Positions 21,080-35,564 of a DNA stretch of 64,000 nucleotides are shown here, in pieces; the first letter of the stretch is position 1; each line of letters starts with the position of its first letter. Made by a program: the position numbers and the translations under genes. The notes below the pieces were generated by a model. It had not been told where the DNA came from. It ran no database searches and was given only the letters and a program-made list of their open reading frames with translations. The stretch is from Centroscyllium fabricii (Eukaryota), in contig JBNRSN020000039.1 of NCBI GenBank assembly GCA_051313645.2, positions 6,510,001 to 6,574,000 of the forward strand, written 5' to 3'.

Positions 21080-24000
21080 AATTGGGCCAGAAAGAGAACC
21101 CTACATCCGAATTCCTACAAGACTCTCCCCCAAAACACGACCCTTGTGCCAGGCCAGACTTCTGCTTCCATGTGATTCCCAGACTGTCGCCACCTTTATT
21201 GACTCTGGAGCCGATGTTATTAATATTGATGAGGAGCTTATCACACAGCTGGGGATTGACCGGGTTCCATTGCTGCAGCCGGTTCCTGCCAATGCCCTCG
21301 ACGGTCATCTCCTGGGATCGGTGACACATCGGACCTCTTCGGTTCAAATGCTTCTCTCTGGCAATCATTATGAGAGTATTCAGTTTCACATACTGAAATC
21401 ACCGCGGCTTCCTTTGATTCTGGGACACACTTGGCTTCGCTGCCACAACCCTCTTATTGACTGGAACACGGGAACCAATTTGGGGTGCTGTTCCTCCTGT
21501 CACCAGGTCTGTCTGAAACAGGCCACCGTTTCGCGACAGCCATTAAAACCTCTTCCCACCCCAGATCTGTTGGTGGTCCCCACTGAATCCCATGACTTTA
21601 GGGAGGTATTCAGTAAGGCTAAGGCCACGTCACTGCCTCCACATCGCCCCTACGACTGCTACATTGAACTGCAGCCAGGTTCTTCCCCACCCAAGGGATG
21701 CCTGTATTCCTTGTCTGCACCTGAGAGGGAGGCCATGGAAGCGTACATTAGCGACTCTATGGCGGCTGGGATCATCCATCCCTCTTCATCACCTGCTGTG
21801 GCTGGATTTCTTTTTGTTGGTAAGAAGGATGGGTCGCTGCGACTATGCATCGAATACAGGGGCCTAAATGACATCATAAAGAATCGGTATGCTCTTCCAC
21901 TCATCTCTTCTGCCTTCGAGTTGCTACAGGGTGCGATCATCTTTACAAAGCTTGGCCTTCGTAACGCCTATCACCTGGTCCGGATCCGAGATGGCGATGA
22001 ATGGAAGAAAGCTTTCAACACTCCCACTGGTCATTATGAATACCTCGTAATGCCGTTCGGGTTAACCAAAGCCCCGGCGGTATTCCAAGCCTTGGTGAAT
22101 GACGTGTTAAGAAACATGCTGAACCGGGTCGTGTCGTATAAATGGACGACATTTTGATTTTTTCTAAGTCGCGTGAGGAGCATGTTCACCATGTTCAGAC
22201 TGTCCTGCTCTCGAGAACTCTATTTTCATGAAGGCGGAGAAGTGTGAGTTTCATGCCACAACCGTATCTTTCTTGGTTTACATCATTATGCAGGGGAGCG
22301 TGCAGATGGATCAGGAGAAGGTATCAGCTGTTGCATCTTGGCATTTTCCAGAGAAACATAAACAGATACAGCGGTTCCTGGGGTTTGCTAACTTCGACCG
22401 AAGGTTCATTCGCGGCTACAGAACGGTAGCGGCCCCGTTATCGGCCCTTACCTCCTGTAAGGTGCCATTTCAGTGGTCTTCCGCAGCGGAGGAGGCTTTT
22501 CTAGGTCTCTGGACCCGGTTCACATCTGCTCCCATTCTCCAGGTGCCTGATGCGGATCAGCAGTTTGTGGTGGAGGTGGACGCATCAGATGTGGGAGTAG
22601 GGGCTATCCTGTCCAAAGGTGCCGCTTCCGAGCAAAGGCTACATCCCTGTGCCTTTTTTTCTAAACGCCTGTTCTCGGCAGAGAGTAATTACATCATCGG
22701 GAATCCGGAGTTACTGGCGGTCAAGATGGCATTGGAGGAGTGGTGCCATTGTCTAGAGGGGACCAAGCTACCGTTCCTAGTATGGACAGACCATAAGAAC
22801 CTTGAATACAATCGTACGGCCAAGAGGCTGAATTCACGGCAGCCGAGGTGGTCCCTGTACTTTACCCATTTCAACTTCTCTCTCTCCTACCAGCCTGGTT
22901 CACGCAATATCAAGCCTGAAGCTCTGTCCCGCCAGTTCCAGAAGGAGGAGAGTTCCGCTCATGGATCTGACCTCATCCTTCCAGCACCATGTCTGATTGC
23001 TGCCGTTACGTGGAATATCGAGGAGAGAGTGAGATCAGCCGTCGAGAATCAGGCTTGAACCAACGGTTGTCGTCCCGACCGTCTGTTTCTTCCCAGGGAT
23101 CTTAGACCTGATATTCTCCAGTGGCCCCAGGCTTCCAAGCTTTCATGTCATCCGGGGGCTCAAAGGATCAAGGAGGTTATACTGCGGAGTTTCTGGTGAT
23201 ATACTCTGGAAGAAGACACCTGTGAGTTTGTCAACGCCTGCTTGGTCTGCAACCAACAAAATACATCTCATCGGGCTTCAGCTGGTCTCCTGCAACCTCT
23301 GCCGGTGCCACATCGTTCTTGGTACCACGTATCTTTGGACTTTGTTACCGGCCTGCCTCCATCCAAGGGACTAACCACTATCCTGACAGTGGTGGACCGA
23401 TTCAGCAAGATGGCTCATTTCGTATCTCTGCCTAAACTGCCCTCGGTGAAGGAGACGGCTGAACTTATACTGCAACAGGAAGACGACGTAGTATCTGATC
23501 GGGGTCCACAGTTTCCCTCTGTATTCTGGAGGGAGTTCTGCAGGCTGATCGGGGCCACAGTCAGTCTGTCTTCAGGGTTTCATCAGCAGTCCAATGGGCA
23601 GTCTGAACGCATGAATCAGGAGATGGAGAAGGCTCTACGATGCATGGTCTGCCAGAATCGATCTTCCTGGTCCCAGTTACTCCTGTAGGTTGAGTACGCC
23701 CGCAACATCCTGACCATTTCCTCCATTGGACTCTCTCCATTCCAGTGCACCTATGGGTTCCAGTCCCCATTGTTTCCAGACCTTGCGAGAGAGGTTTGCT
23801 TCCGTCCGTCCAGTCGTTTATTCAACTTTGTCGCCGGACTTGGATCCAGGCATGGACATCGTTGCTTCGCTCAGCGGACCGCTACTCTGCCACAGCCAAC
23901 CGTCGTCGCTCGGAGGTTCCTACATATCCGGCTTGTCAGAAGGTGTTGCTCTCCACTTAGGACCTGCCCATCCAGGTGGAGTATAAGAAGCTAGCTCCCA

Positions 24001-24592
24001 GGTTTATCGGTCCCTTCGACATCCAGAAGGTCATCAACACAGCGGCAGTGAGACTCAAGCTTCCTCGATCATTGCGGGTTCATCACACTTTTCATGTGTC
24101 ACGTGTCAAACCAGCACGAGAGAGTGCATTGGTGCCTGTTGCCACGCCCCCACCGCCTCCTCGTATGCTCGACGGGGGGTTGGTCTTCACGGTTCGCCGC
24201 CTGCTTTGCTCCTGTTGCGGAGGGAGAGGAAATCAGTAACTGGTGGACTTGGAGGGGTAGGATCCAGAGCAGAGGTCCTGGGTTCCTGCCGCCACATTGT
24301 TCATCCTCAGCTTATGGCCGACTTCCTGAGAAGGCACCCCGACCAGCCCAGTAGTAGGGCTGCTCCTCCTGGGGAGACTGGTCAAGGGACCAGTTCCCTG
24401 CATTCTCCTGAAACCCTGGACGAGGAGGTGCAATCCTCTGCTGAGGAGAATTCCCTTCATTCGACTGCAGAAATGGACGTGTATGAAAGTTCAGAAGAAT
24501 ATTAGTCCCTCCTGCGCACCCACTCCGCCCAACCGACTCCGGCATTTGGGGGTTGGAACGTCGGGAGCCGTCCCTTGAGGGGGGTGTGGTTC
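21080..24592 (+). mobile_element. Sushi-like Gypsy chromovirus internal region (pol: protease, RT, RNase H, integrase, chromodomain), 5'-truncated and disrupted
   Basis: FIDSGA protease; [37 protein letters not shown] (RT); [20 protein letters not shown] (RNase H); [26 protein letters not shown] (IN); [10 protein letters not shown]; PPT GAGGGGGGTG. Confidence 0.95.
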
Positions 24593-25097
24593 TGTCATAG
24601 GTTGGCTCTTCTTCTCTACCTGGCAACTACCTCATTAGCTCTGCTTGGCAAACACCTCATTAGCTCTACTGCTCGCACCTGATTGTCACTTGTGACTCTG
24701 GGCTTTTCAATTTGGAGCAATATTTAAACCCCTGTTTTCCACCCAGTCTGTGCAGATCGTCTTGTGCGTTCTGTCTGAGATACCCTGTGTTTGTTCTTGG
24801 TTTTCTCATGCTGCCTGTTAGATATACTGACCTGCTTCCTCGACCGTAGACTCTCTTCTGCCTGACCCCCGTTTGGATTTGTCGCTTTCATGGACTGACT
24901 ACCTGGTATTGATCTGTTTTTGGATTTTGGATTCTCTTTTGCCTGAACTCTGTTTTGGACTTGTTGCCTCTGTGTACTTTCTGCCTGTATATCGACCCAC
25001 TGTTACCAGTGTCTTCTACTGCTAATCAATAAAGTCGTTTACATCTACATTTGCTGTTTTGGTGTCCTGCATTTGGGCCCAACCTACACCCGTTAAA
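24593..25097 (+). mobile_element. 3' LTR of the Sushi-like element
   Basis: Follows the PPT; TGTCATAGG...AATAAA...CCCGTTAAA; homologous to the solo LTR at 3486-4068. Confidence 0.9.
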
Positions 25098-28000
25098 GGT
25101 AACATGGTGTCAGAATTGAAATCTGACCCCACAATGCAACCACCCTCCCCTGTGAAACCAGTCAGATCCCGGTGAGATAAATTTCACGATATCTATTTAA
25201 GCCAGGACAGAGAAATCAGGAAAGTATAGAGAGAAAAGCAAGTGTACTTACCCCACGTTGCTCAGCTTACCAGCATGAAAACTCAAAGTCCTGCATTCGT
25301 TCAGATTTGTCCCCCCTCCGAATTTGATTTTACACGGCCGGAAGTGTGACCGTTTGTGATCAGCAGATTTTAGCGTTTCAAACAGGCATCGGGCCTTAAA
25401 AATATGTCACAGGTAAAACAGCTGAAAACGCTGTTATATTCATTCGGACCAGAGGCTGAAGCGATTATCTGGTGCAGGAATTTTCCGGCTGATCAACTGA
25501 AAAACGATTAAAAAAAATAATACGGAGTTGTCCAATCATTTCATCCCGTGGAGAAATTTGATATTTGCACACGGATGAATCCATAGGGGCATGCAGGAGA
25601 GTGGGGAATCATTTCATAGTTTCATCAAATCAGTATATGATCTCAACGAACACTGTAAATTTGGAGATATGTGGGATTAACTAACTCGTGACAGAGTGGT
25701 TGTTGGAATAAGGGATCTTAAATTTTCTGGAAAATTAGAGATGGAGAAAACCTCACAGTTGACAAGGCAAAAAACAGGTTTTCAGAAGTGAAATAATAAA
25801 GAAACAGCAATCAATGCTTCAGACATATAATAATGAGGAGGAGAAGAGCATTGAAACTATAAGTGTCCCCCGAAATGCATGTCCACAAAAACAAATTTTT
25901 TTCAAATCAAGACAAACTGACTTACGTGGATCCAAAACTGGCTTAGTGACAGGAGGCAGAGGGTGATGGTCAAATGATGTTTTTGTAACTGGAAGCAAGT
26001 GTCCATTAGGTTACACAGGGATTGGTGTTCCGTCCGTTGCTGTTTGTATTCTATATTAATGATTTAGATATTAATGTAAAATGCATGATCAGTAAGTTTT
26101 CAGATGATACAAAAGTTTGGGGTTGGTAAAAACTGAGGAGGAAATCCGCAACATTCAAGACGACAGAGATGAGTTGGTCAGATAGGCAGAACAGTGGCAA
26201 ATGGAATTTAATCCTGAAAAGTGTGAGGTGATGCATTTCGCTAGGTCTAACATGGCAAGGGAATACACCATGAATGGTAGGACGCTAGGGAAGGCAGAGG
26301 ATCAGAGGGACCTTGCTGTGTAGGTGCATAGGTCACTGAAGGCAGCATTACTGGTGGATAAGGTGATTAAACAGGCATATGGGATACTTGCCTTTATTAG
26401 CTGAGGCATAAAATATAAGAGCAGGGAGGTTATGATGGAGCTGTACAAAACACTGGTAAGACAACAGCTGGATTACTGTATGCAGTTCTGTTCGGCACAC
26501 TATAGGAAGGATGTAATAGCTTGGGAGATGGTGCAGAGGAGATTCACCAGGATGCTGCCTGGGCTGCGGAGACTCAGCTATGAAGAGAGACTGGAGAGGC
26601 TGGGGTTGTTTTCTTTGGAGCAGAGGAGGCTGAGGGGGGACCTGATTGAGGAATACAAAATTATGAGGGGAATAGGTAAGGTGGATGGAGTGGATGTTTT
26701 CCCCTTGGTTGAGGGGTCAATAAATAGGGGCATAATTTTAGGGTAAGGGAAAGGAAGTATCTTGGGATGTGAGAAATAATTTTTTAACGCACAGGGTCTC
26801 GAACGCATTTGGCTGAGAATGTGCTAGAGGCGGAAACGCTCATAACATTCAAAAACAATTGGATGAACACTGGAAATGCCACAGCATACAAGGCTAAGGA
26901 CCAAATGCGGGAAAATGGGCCTAGTATAGATTGGGATTGAAGGGCGGCATGGACGCGATGGACCGAAGGGCCTCTTTCTGTGCTGGATTACGCTATGACT
27001 CTATGACTCTATGGATGAGTACAGAGCCTCGCACTGGAAATCAAAGTGGGACACATTTCCAAGCACATAAGCAGAGTTTCAGATTGTATGGCCATAGTCC
27101 ACTCAATAGACAAATCTTTCCAGCCAAATATGCTAGCTGCAGGAATTGCCCGAAAAAGCAACATTTTGCTGCAGTTTGCCGATATACATCTGCGGGTGCG
27201 GAAATATCAGAGGACGAACAAATTGAAATATCGTTCCTGGGGTCAATTGGAGATAGGTAGGACTAGCAGTGGAACAGCACCCTAAACATCTGTGGCCAAT
27301 TGACTGAATTCATTCGATACAGGGGCTGATGTCACTTCATCTCGAGGTGCCTCTACAATGATCTAGGTCTGGAGACTCTTCACAGCACCTCTAAGATTAT
27401 TCAGGACCCTGGTCAAGTCCCATTGAATGTCAGAGGAAACATTTTCAGCCTCCTTGACCCGTTGTCCACGTTCTAAAATGGAGGTTGTGTATGTGATACG
27501 CGGTCTATGGACAGCGCTCCTCGATCACCCGCCATCATCTCCCTGCGTCTGGTGTCCAGGTTGGTCCCACAAGTAGCAGAGACAGTAGGTATGTACCTCG
27601 ACGTGAGGTCAGACAGCATTTCCCCAGACTGTTTCAAGGCATTGGGTGACTGCAAAAGGAGTATCACAATTGACTCATCCCGGACGCCGAAACTTTTGAT
27701 CTCTCTACACCCCGACGTGTCTTGCTCCCCCTTATGACCAATGTTAAGTAGGTACTCAACCACATGGAGCAACTGGGGATAATTGCAACAGTTGAGGAAC
27801 CGACAGCCTGGTGCTCCAGAATGGTTTTAGTCCGAAAACACAACGGAAACTTCAACATTTGCTTAGAACTAAGAAAATTCAATGTAAGTGTCTGTAGGGA
27901 GCTGCATCTCTTACCTTGCGTAAGGCACACACTCGGGCAGCTGAAAGATGTAAATGTTTTAACAAATCTTGATGTTTAATCTGGTTTCTGGCTGATATCC

Positions 28001-30180
28001 TTGATGGAGGTGTCAAAACGCCTTACCAAGTTCATCACGCCATTCCGACATTATTGTTTCCAAAGACTGCCCTTTGGAATGTTATCCGCCCCTGAACATT
28101 TCCAGTGTCGCATGTCACGCCTCGTTGAGGGACATTATGGTGCATGTTGACTAACGGAAGATGTGTTGGTGTATGCCGCAACCGAAGGACAGCACAGTCA
28201 GCAACTTTTTGCAAGTTTCGGTCGATTACAGCTTACTCTTAACTCCAGATGTGAAATCAACAAAACACAGGTGAAATTTCTCGGCCAATTCATCGACGGG
28301 ACCGGGGTCAGAGATGATCCTGACAAAGTCAATGCCCTCACAAACATGGCCATGCCAAGAAATGTATCTGAAATACGCCGCTTCATTGGACTGGTAAATC
28401 ACTTAGGCAAATACATTCCTATTCTAGCCGATAAAAGCAAACAACTCCTGGATCCCCTCAACAGGCAGACCTCATGGTATTGGGTAACGCAGCAGTCCCA
28501 AACTTTCACGGAGATAAAGGTGGACATAACCACCCCGCCAAGTTTTGCACTGTATAACACCACTACACTCACTAAAGTGTCAGCTGATGCCTCAGCGTTT
28601 GGCTTTGGTACAGTCCTTTTACAAAACAGATCTGAAACTGACCAGCACCCTGTAACCTTTGCTTCACGAGCCCTTTCAAAAACAGAGCAGTGCTTTCTGC
28701 ATATTGAAAAAGTGTCCCTGGCCATTACTTGGGTTTGTGAGGGATACATAGACTTTCTAAATGGCATGACCTTCCAGGTCGAGACGGTTGACAAGCCCCT
28801 CCTTCCACTATTGGTATCTAAAAGCTTGGACGTGTTGTCACCCCGCATTCAGCACTTTAGGATGCGATTCATGCACTTTCACTTCGCTATATCACATGAG
28901 CCAGGGAAGAGCAAACTACAGCCGACGTCCTCTCCAGAGCTCCCTGCCCGCCATTGCTGGATGATTCCTCCGAGGTGAAGTGCATGTAGAATAATATAGA
29001 CTCAACAAACACTGCACTACACATTACCGAGAAAAGTCTGGCTGCACTTTGTCAAGAACAGGAAACGGATGAACTACTTCGTCAGGTATTCACATACTGC
29101 CGTATGTTTCAACTGACCTCAATATTGCACAAGGATTGCTGCTACAAGGGTGCCGCTTGGTCCTTCCAGCATCAAAGCAGAAAAACTTTCTGGGCAATCT
29201 GCATGATGGCCATCAATGGATCTCAAAATGCAGAGCACGAGCCACGAGTTCTGTCTGGTGGCGTGGATTAAGCGTTCATCTACAACGTAAAGTATAACAA
29301 TGCCCGGGCTGGCCAGACCTCCACAATTTTTCAGACAAAGACATAAAATCTAAATTAAGACCACCCGCCAACATTAGCAGCCCCAGATATCAAAGCCCTT
29401 GTGTCCACTTCTTCCAGGTGACTATGTGTGCATATGGGACTTCCGCAAAAGAGGCATTGTGCAAGGAAAGGGAAACACCACAAGAAAGTATCTGGTTGAT
29501 ATCCAGGGCCAGATTGTTCGCAGGGACCGCAGGGACCTGTCACTTACACTGAAGCCCCCTGACACTGATGAGCCTTCCATTCGCGATGACTAAAATTGGA
29601 TTGCGGGTCCTGGAACGCACCCAACCTCTGGGGATTCCCCACCTCCACAGGGTTCCAGACGATACCCGGAAAGGGTCCGCAATATTCCTTCATAACTTCA
29701 GGATTTTTTAACATTAATAGCTGAGGAAATTAGACACCTTTATTCTACATTCTGGGTCAGACTATTACTCCAGCTATTTGGTAAGGGTTCAGGCAGTCGC
29801 CTTGTCCCTCCAAGATTACTCCGCTTGCAATACTGTTTTTTTACAAAAAAAAGTAAAAAGAAAGCATCAGAGATGTAATTTTTGTTAGAGTTGTTATGTT
29901 TGTTAGAGTTTTTTTATTTCTTAAGCAAAGTAAAAGAAGTAATGATTTGAATATGTTAACAGTGATGGAAAAGTATCCCTTTGTATTCAGCGTCTCTTTA
30001 GAAAGGGAGACGTGGTGATGGTTACCTTCTGCCCAGTAGGGGACAACAGAGGCTAAACAAAAAGTGAAAGTGATAAGAAACAGTGAGCTTCGTGTGATGG
30101 CTGCTCCCACAAGCTGTCTATGTCTCGATGTATTAAACACTTGACAGAATATGGATGGCGGCCTTCGTGCAATGGAAACA
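25098..30180 (+). mobile_element. Second Gypsy family (non-chromovirus), degenerate gag-pol with a probable short 3' LTR at ~30010-30180
   Basis: LTR remnant GGTAACA plus PBS TGGTGTCAGAA; gag PSEFDFTRPE; knuckle C..C....HFAAVC; DTGADV protease; EEPTAWCSRMVLVRK, LPFG (RT); SADASAFGFG (RNase H); PPT TTAGAAAGGGAGA; putative LTR ends GGAAACA. Confidence 0.8.
25912..27012 (+). mobile_element. CR1 LINE 3' part inserted into the Gypsy gag
   Basis: MELYKTLVRQQLDYCMQF, VQRRFTRMLPGL, SYEERLERLGLFSLEQRRLRGDLI; tail (CTATGACT)n. Confidence 0.88.
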
Positions 30181-30184
30181 ACGT

Positions 30185-32580
30185 TTCACTGCCATTTCCT
30201 CACCCCCATTATAAATTCTCCCAACTCTGACTGTGAAGGATCTACATTTGCCTGCGCTAGTGTTTTCCTTTTCTTATACATACATAAGCTTTTACAATCC
30301 GTTTTTATATGTTTCGCCATTTTCTGCTCATATTCCATTTTTCCCTTTCTTTATCAATTGATAAATTATCCTTTGCTGATTGCAGAAAAATCACAATTCT
30401 CAAGCTGACCGCTTTTTACTGGCAAGCTGATAGTTCTTCCTCCTTTAACTTAATAGTAGCTTTAATCGCCTTTGTTAGCCATGAAGGTTCCACTTTTCCT
30501 TTTGGGTTTTTATTCACTAAAGTAACATATGTTTGTTGCATATAATGCATTATTTACTTGAATGTTTGTCAATGTATCTCCGCCTTCATTCCTTGTAGTA
30601 TAGCATCCCAAACTGCGACGGCCAACTTGTCCCTTGTACCACTGTAGTTTCCTTTGTTTAGTTCTTAGATCTTTGTTTCAGATTGGAATAGATCACTCGC
30701 CAGCTTAATGTAAATTTTAATAATTTTATGCTAACTTGTACCTAGAGGCCCCTTTTCGATAATATTATTGATTACACCTTCTGATTACACTGGGCCTGGT
30801 CCAGAATAGCCTGTACTCTGGTTGGTTCCTCAACAGATTTATCCAGCAAACTCTCTCGCAGGCATTCCAAGTATTCGGCCTCCACACCATTAGTGGTAAT
30901 CTGATTTGCCGAATCAATATGTAGATTAAAGGCCCACATGATTACCGTATTGCCCTTGTTACATCAACTTCTAATTTCTTGACTGATAATGTTCCCTACA
31001 TTACCACTACTGTTTGCTGGACAATACACAAGTCCCAACAATGTTTTTTGCCCTTTGTTTTTGTCTTAGCTCCACCCTAACTGATTCCAGTTTTACATCC
31101 CGACTGTCGAACCAATACGTTTTGTCTCAGCTGGACCGACCTCATCCCTTGCTAACAGCGCTCCGCCACCTTCTTTTAATTTTTGTCTGCCCTTCCTAAA
31201 TGTTGAGTACCCTGGCACATTCAGTTCCAAACTGTGTTTACCCTGAAAACATGTATTTGCAATGGCAATTATATCATATCCATTTAATTATACTTGTGCC
31301 AGTAGTTCATCCACCTTGTTGTGAATGCTAAATGCATTTCTATAAAGTGCATTCAACGTTGAATGTTTAATATTTTTCTGCAATTTAGCCCTATTTACTG
31401 TTGCTCTTCATTTCTGCTCCCATCTGATATTGCCGGCTACTTTGTTAGTTTGCAATTTTAGCTCTGTGTCTCTAGGATCTAGGCAGACACCTGCCCCCTG
31501 ATAAACTAATTTAACTCCTTCCCAACAGCACTAAATAAATCTCCTGTGAGGATGTGACTCCCATTTTTGCTGAGAGGCAATCCGTCCAATTAGTACACGT
31601 CCCATCTTCCCCAGAATCGGCCACAATTACTCAGGAATTTAAATCCCTTGCTCCTACACCATATCTCCAGCAACGCATCCCTTTGTCTATTCTCCTAATT
31701 CTGATCCCGCTAACATGTGGTACTGGAATACTAACTTTGAGGTCCTGCTTAATATGTTATGTTTGCAGGAACTCGTCCCTATTTCTACGTATTTCTTTGG
31801 TACTGATATGGACCCCGACCTCGGGCTGTCCGCCCCCCCCCCGCCGCTCATAATATACTTCAGCCGCTCGTTGAAATCCTTGAACCTGGCACAACGGATG
31901 CAACACAACAAACTGGAGTCGCATCTGCGACCACAGAAAAGTCGATCTGCTCCCATTACGATAGAATGCCTAACAAAATTGCTCTCCCACACTGTACCCT
32001 CCCCTCCTGTGCACCGGGGCCACTCGCAGTGACACGGACTTGGATCTTCCTGCATTTCCCTGGGAAACCATCTCGACCAGCAGATGGACACACGGGACTC
32101 CTGCAATGACTTCCGAGTTATTGTTCTCTGTCGTTCACCTTTTCAAAATCTGCTTGTGCACTCTTTAATGGTGTGGTGATAACCACTTTAAACGTGCCAA
32201 CCACGTAGACCTCAGCATCGCGGATGCACCACAGTGACACCAGCAACAGCTCCAAATCTAAAATACAACACCAGATACTTCCTGCATATGTGTTCGCAAT
32301 GGACACCGAATATATCGTTGACTTCCCACATAGCAGAGGAGCAGAAGTGTATGATGCCGAGCTTTCCCGTCGTGTCCTACCCTTATGTCTGTCACTTTAC
32401 TTCATTAAATAAAGAAATATTTAAAAAAGTAGGATACTTAATTCAGTTTACACGCTACTTACACGAAACTAGAGATTTCTTTTTCCCTTTAACGACTGGG
32501 CTGTATAAATACTCACCATTTCCTTCTTACCAATCAGATCCTTCCATGTTTGTAACATCAATGTTTTGACTGCTCTCACA
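30185..32580 (-). mobile_element. CR1 LINE 5' part: ORF1 (SGNH esterase-like) and ORF2 endonuclease, degenerate
   Basis: HSIVMGADRLFCGRRCDSSLLCCIRCARFKDFNERL (CR1 ORF1 esterase); endonuclease-like VIM..FNL segment near 30930. Confidence 0.78.
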
Positions 32581-32899
32581 CTCGGCCTCTATCCTGGGTG
32601 TAAAGTAACATCAACTTTCTACAGGGTGAAAATTTAGGGAGCGCAATGGTGAAGCAACGTAGCTCCATCTTCCAGTCATCACCTAACTCCCTGAATCACC
32701 CAAATCCCCGCAATCTGTTCAAAATTCACTCAGTGCCAATCACACTGCGAAGGCTTTTTTATAGGCCCTTGCACAAGGCAGTTGGATGAGCCCTGCTACA
32801 GGAAATGAAGGTTAACCTAGATTCCCTTATTAAGTGCATGTAGCTGCACTGAATTATCATCTGACTTCTCCGCGACTGTCGAAACATTTCAAGTCCAAT

Positions 32900-35560
32900 A
32901 TCCTCGCCCGCCGTGCATTTTACCCTCTGCCTTCTCCAGAACTGTCGACTAGTTTCAATTATACTGTCCTCGACATCCTATGCTGTCTATCCTCTGCCTT
33001 CCTCGGTACTGAAACTTCATGCTTCTGCCTGGTTCAATTCCCCGTCTGTCTCTTCCAATGTCTATCGACGCCTGTCTACAACTGCTTGTCTCTGTCAATG
33101 TGTTCCCCTCTTTGCATTTGTCATTCTCTCTCTCTTCTTCTACAATGCCTGCCTCCCGCTTCTGTCTCCTTCTATCCTCCCCCGCGTTGCCTTCCCTTGC
33201 TGCCTCAGACGTCTGTCCCGTCACATCAAGCTCTCCCGTCCATCTCACTCTGATCTTCACCACATCTGCCTCTCTCTCTCTGACTCCATCCCTCTGTCAT
33301 ACCGATCTGCTTCCCCAACCTATATTTCCACACGTCCTGCTGCCTGATTCACTCCATGACCCACACCCACCTCTGCCGTATTCTTCCCCCTCTCTGTCTC
33401 TCTGTCTTTCTCCCCTATATGTCTCTATCGCTGTCTCCCCGATTCTGAATCTCCACTCTTTCTCACAAATATGTTTTCCCTGTCTAGCTCCTTCAGTCTG
33501 CGTCATTATATCTCAGTCTCTCCCGCATCTATCTCCCCGGATTTGTCTCTCGCATTTTCTCTGCCTCAACCCCTCGGTTCTCATTCTCTCGCCCACCACG
33601 TCCCCCTAAAATTTAATTATCTCTCTCGCTGTCTGACATTCTCGATCTGACCTCCCGTCAACCGTCTGTCTCACTCTCTGTCTTCCCCGTTGGTTTGTCT
33701 CTCACTGTGTTTCTGCCAACCTTTTACCAGCGTCTGTCGCCCCAGAATTATTTCTCTCTGTACCGTTTATCTCCATCTGTCTCTACTCCATCCTTCATAC
33801 CACAGTCTGTCATTAGCTCTGTCTCCCTAATCTGCCTTTTATTTTCTGCCTCCTCCTCTGTCTCCACCATCTGTATCTCGCACTCTCTCACCATCTCGCT
33901 TCTGTCTGCCTCCCCGTCCGCCTATTGTTCTCTGTCTCTCACCGCGTCTGTCACTCTCTATCAGTCTCCTCTCCGTCTGTTCTCTTTCACTCGCCCTGTG
34001 TGTCCCCCTGTCTCCAGCTGTCACACTTGGATCAATCACCCTTATCTGCGTCCTTCAGCCTGTGTCCATCGTCTGTTTCTCTACGTGCCAAAATTCGGTC
34101 TACACAAAATCGGTCCGCATTGTTGACAATTCCCATAGGTTTGTCTAACCCCAGTTACCCGCTGGACTGACACTTTCTCCATATCTCCCATCATATGTCT
34201 CCCACTCTCTGACCTCCACACTCCCTTGTCTCCTCTCGTTCTCTAAATCCGTCTCTCTCTCTCTCTCTCTCCCTCTCTCTCTCTCTCCCTCTCTCTCTGT
34301 TTCCACTCTCTGTCTCCCCTGTCTGTATCTCTCTTCATCAGCCGCCCAATCACCGGCTGCCACTCTCCCTCTGTCTCCACGCGTCTACTTAACTCCGACT
34401 GTCTCCCTCGACTCGCTCCCCTGTCTCTCTCTGTCCTCGTTCCGTCAGTTTTACCGATCAGTCACCCGCTTCTCTAATCCCATCAGTCTCATCTATCTGT
34501 CTCCACGACTGTCTCCGCGTCCTTCTCTCCCGCCGTCTCTCCTTGTTTCTGTTCCTTCTCTCTCCTAATCTATGCCATTATTTGTCTATCCTTCAACAGC
34601 CTCACCCAAGTCTCTATTTCTCTCTGTCTCACACATCATCTTCTGTATATCGATCTCTGTCTAAACCCAGCCTAATCTATTTCAAACTCCCTATCTGTCT
34701 TCACTGTCTGCCTCTCTCTGTCTCCCTGCCGACTGACTGTACCTCCTGCCTCCGCCCATCTTTTTCTTTCATCTGTCTGTCTCTGTTTCACCCACCAGCT
34801 ACCTCCCGCAGTTTGTCCCCAGCCTTCTCGCTCGAAATTGGTCTTTTTTTCCAAACGCCGGGCGTTCTCTCACTCTCTGTCTCCAACTTTATGTCTCTCT
34901 CTCTCTCTCTGTTTCCCCCTGTCGCTCTCAATCTCGCCCCCATTATGTCACCATCTGTCACTCACGCCAGAGGCCTGATCACACCCGCCGGCCGGCTGCT
35001 CTTTCTTGACTTCCCACAGAATATCACTCTCTGTGTCTCCTCTCATTCTCACTCTCTCTCCCCCGTTGTCCCTCCAGTATAATTTTTCTCCATAGGCCGG
35101 TGCACTGTCTCCATGGGCTGGTCAATCCCGATCGGCCTTCTCGTCTGTCTTTCACTCTTTCTATCACAGCAGTTTGTTTCGAAACCGTCCATCGCTGTCT
35201 CACAATTTTCCACGTTTTTTTCTCCGTCTGTCTGTCTGCACCGGTCGAATCCCGTCTGTGTCTCGTCCTGATACTCCCCCTACATTGGCTATCTCCCGGT
35301 CTGAAACGCCATGATTCCACTTCCTCTACTTCCAGCGTCTGGCTTTCTATCTCTCGATCTGACTCCCCTGCGTGTTTCGACCAGTCTGTCTCCCTGACTG
35401 TCTATCTCGTCTGTGTTCACTTTCTGTCTGCCACATGAGTCCCACTTACGACTTGCCCTCCTCTGTACGATGAATCTGATTCTCACTCTGTCTCTCCAAT
35501 CCTGCCTTTCTCCCTTTCTTTACGAGCACACAATTTTCTGTCTATCTTTTCTGTCTCAAA
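32900..35560. repeat. ~2.6-kb CT-rich low-complexity tract including (CT)n at ~34252-34300
   Basis: Pyrimidine-dominated strand with TCTGTC/TCTCTC motifs. Confidence 0.85.
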
Positions 35561-35564
35561 AATA

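Noticed and set aside
32834-35438. Long Ser/Leu/Pro-rich ORFs (also 18918-19838 and 61425-62637)
   Set aside because: Artefacts of stop-poor CT-rich low-complexity DNA
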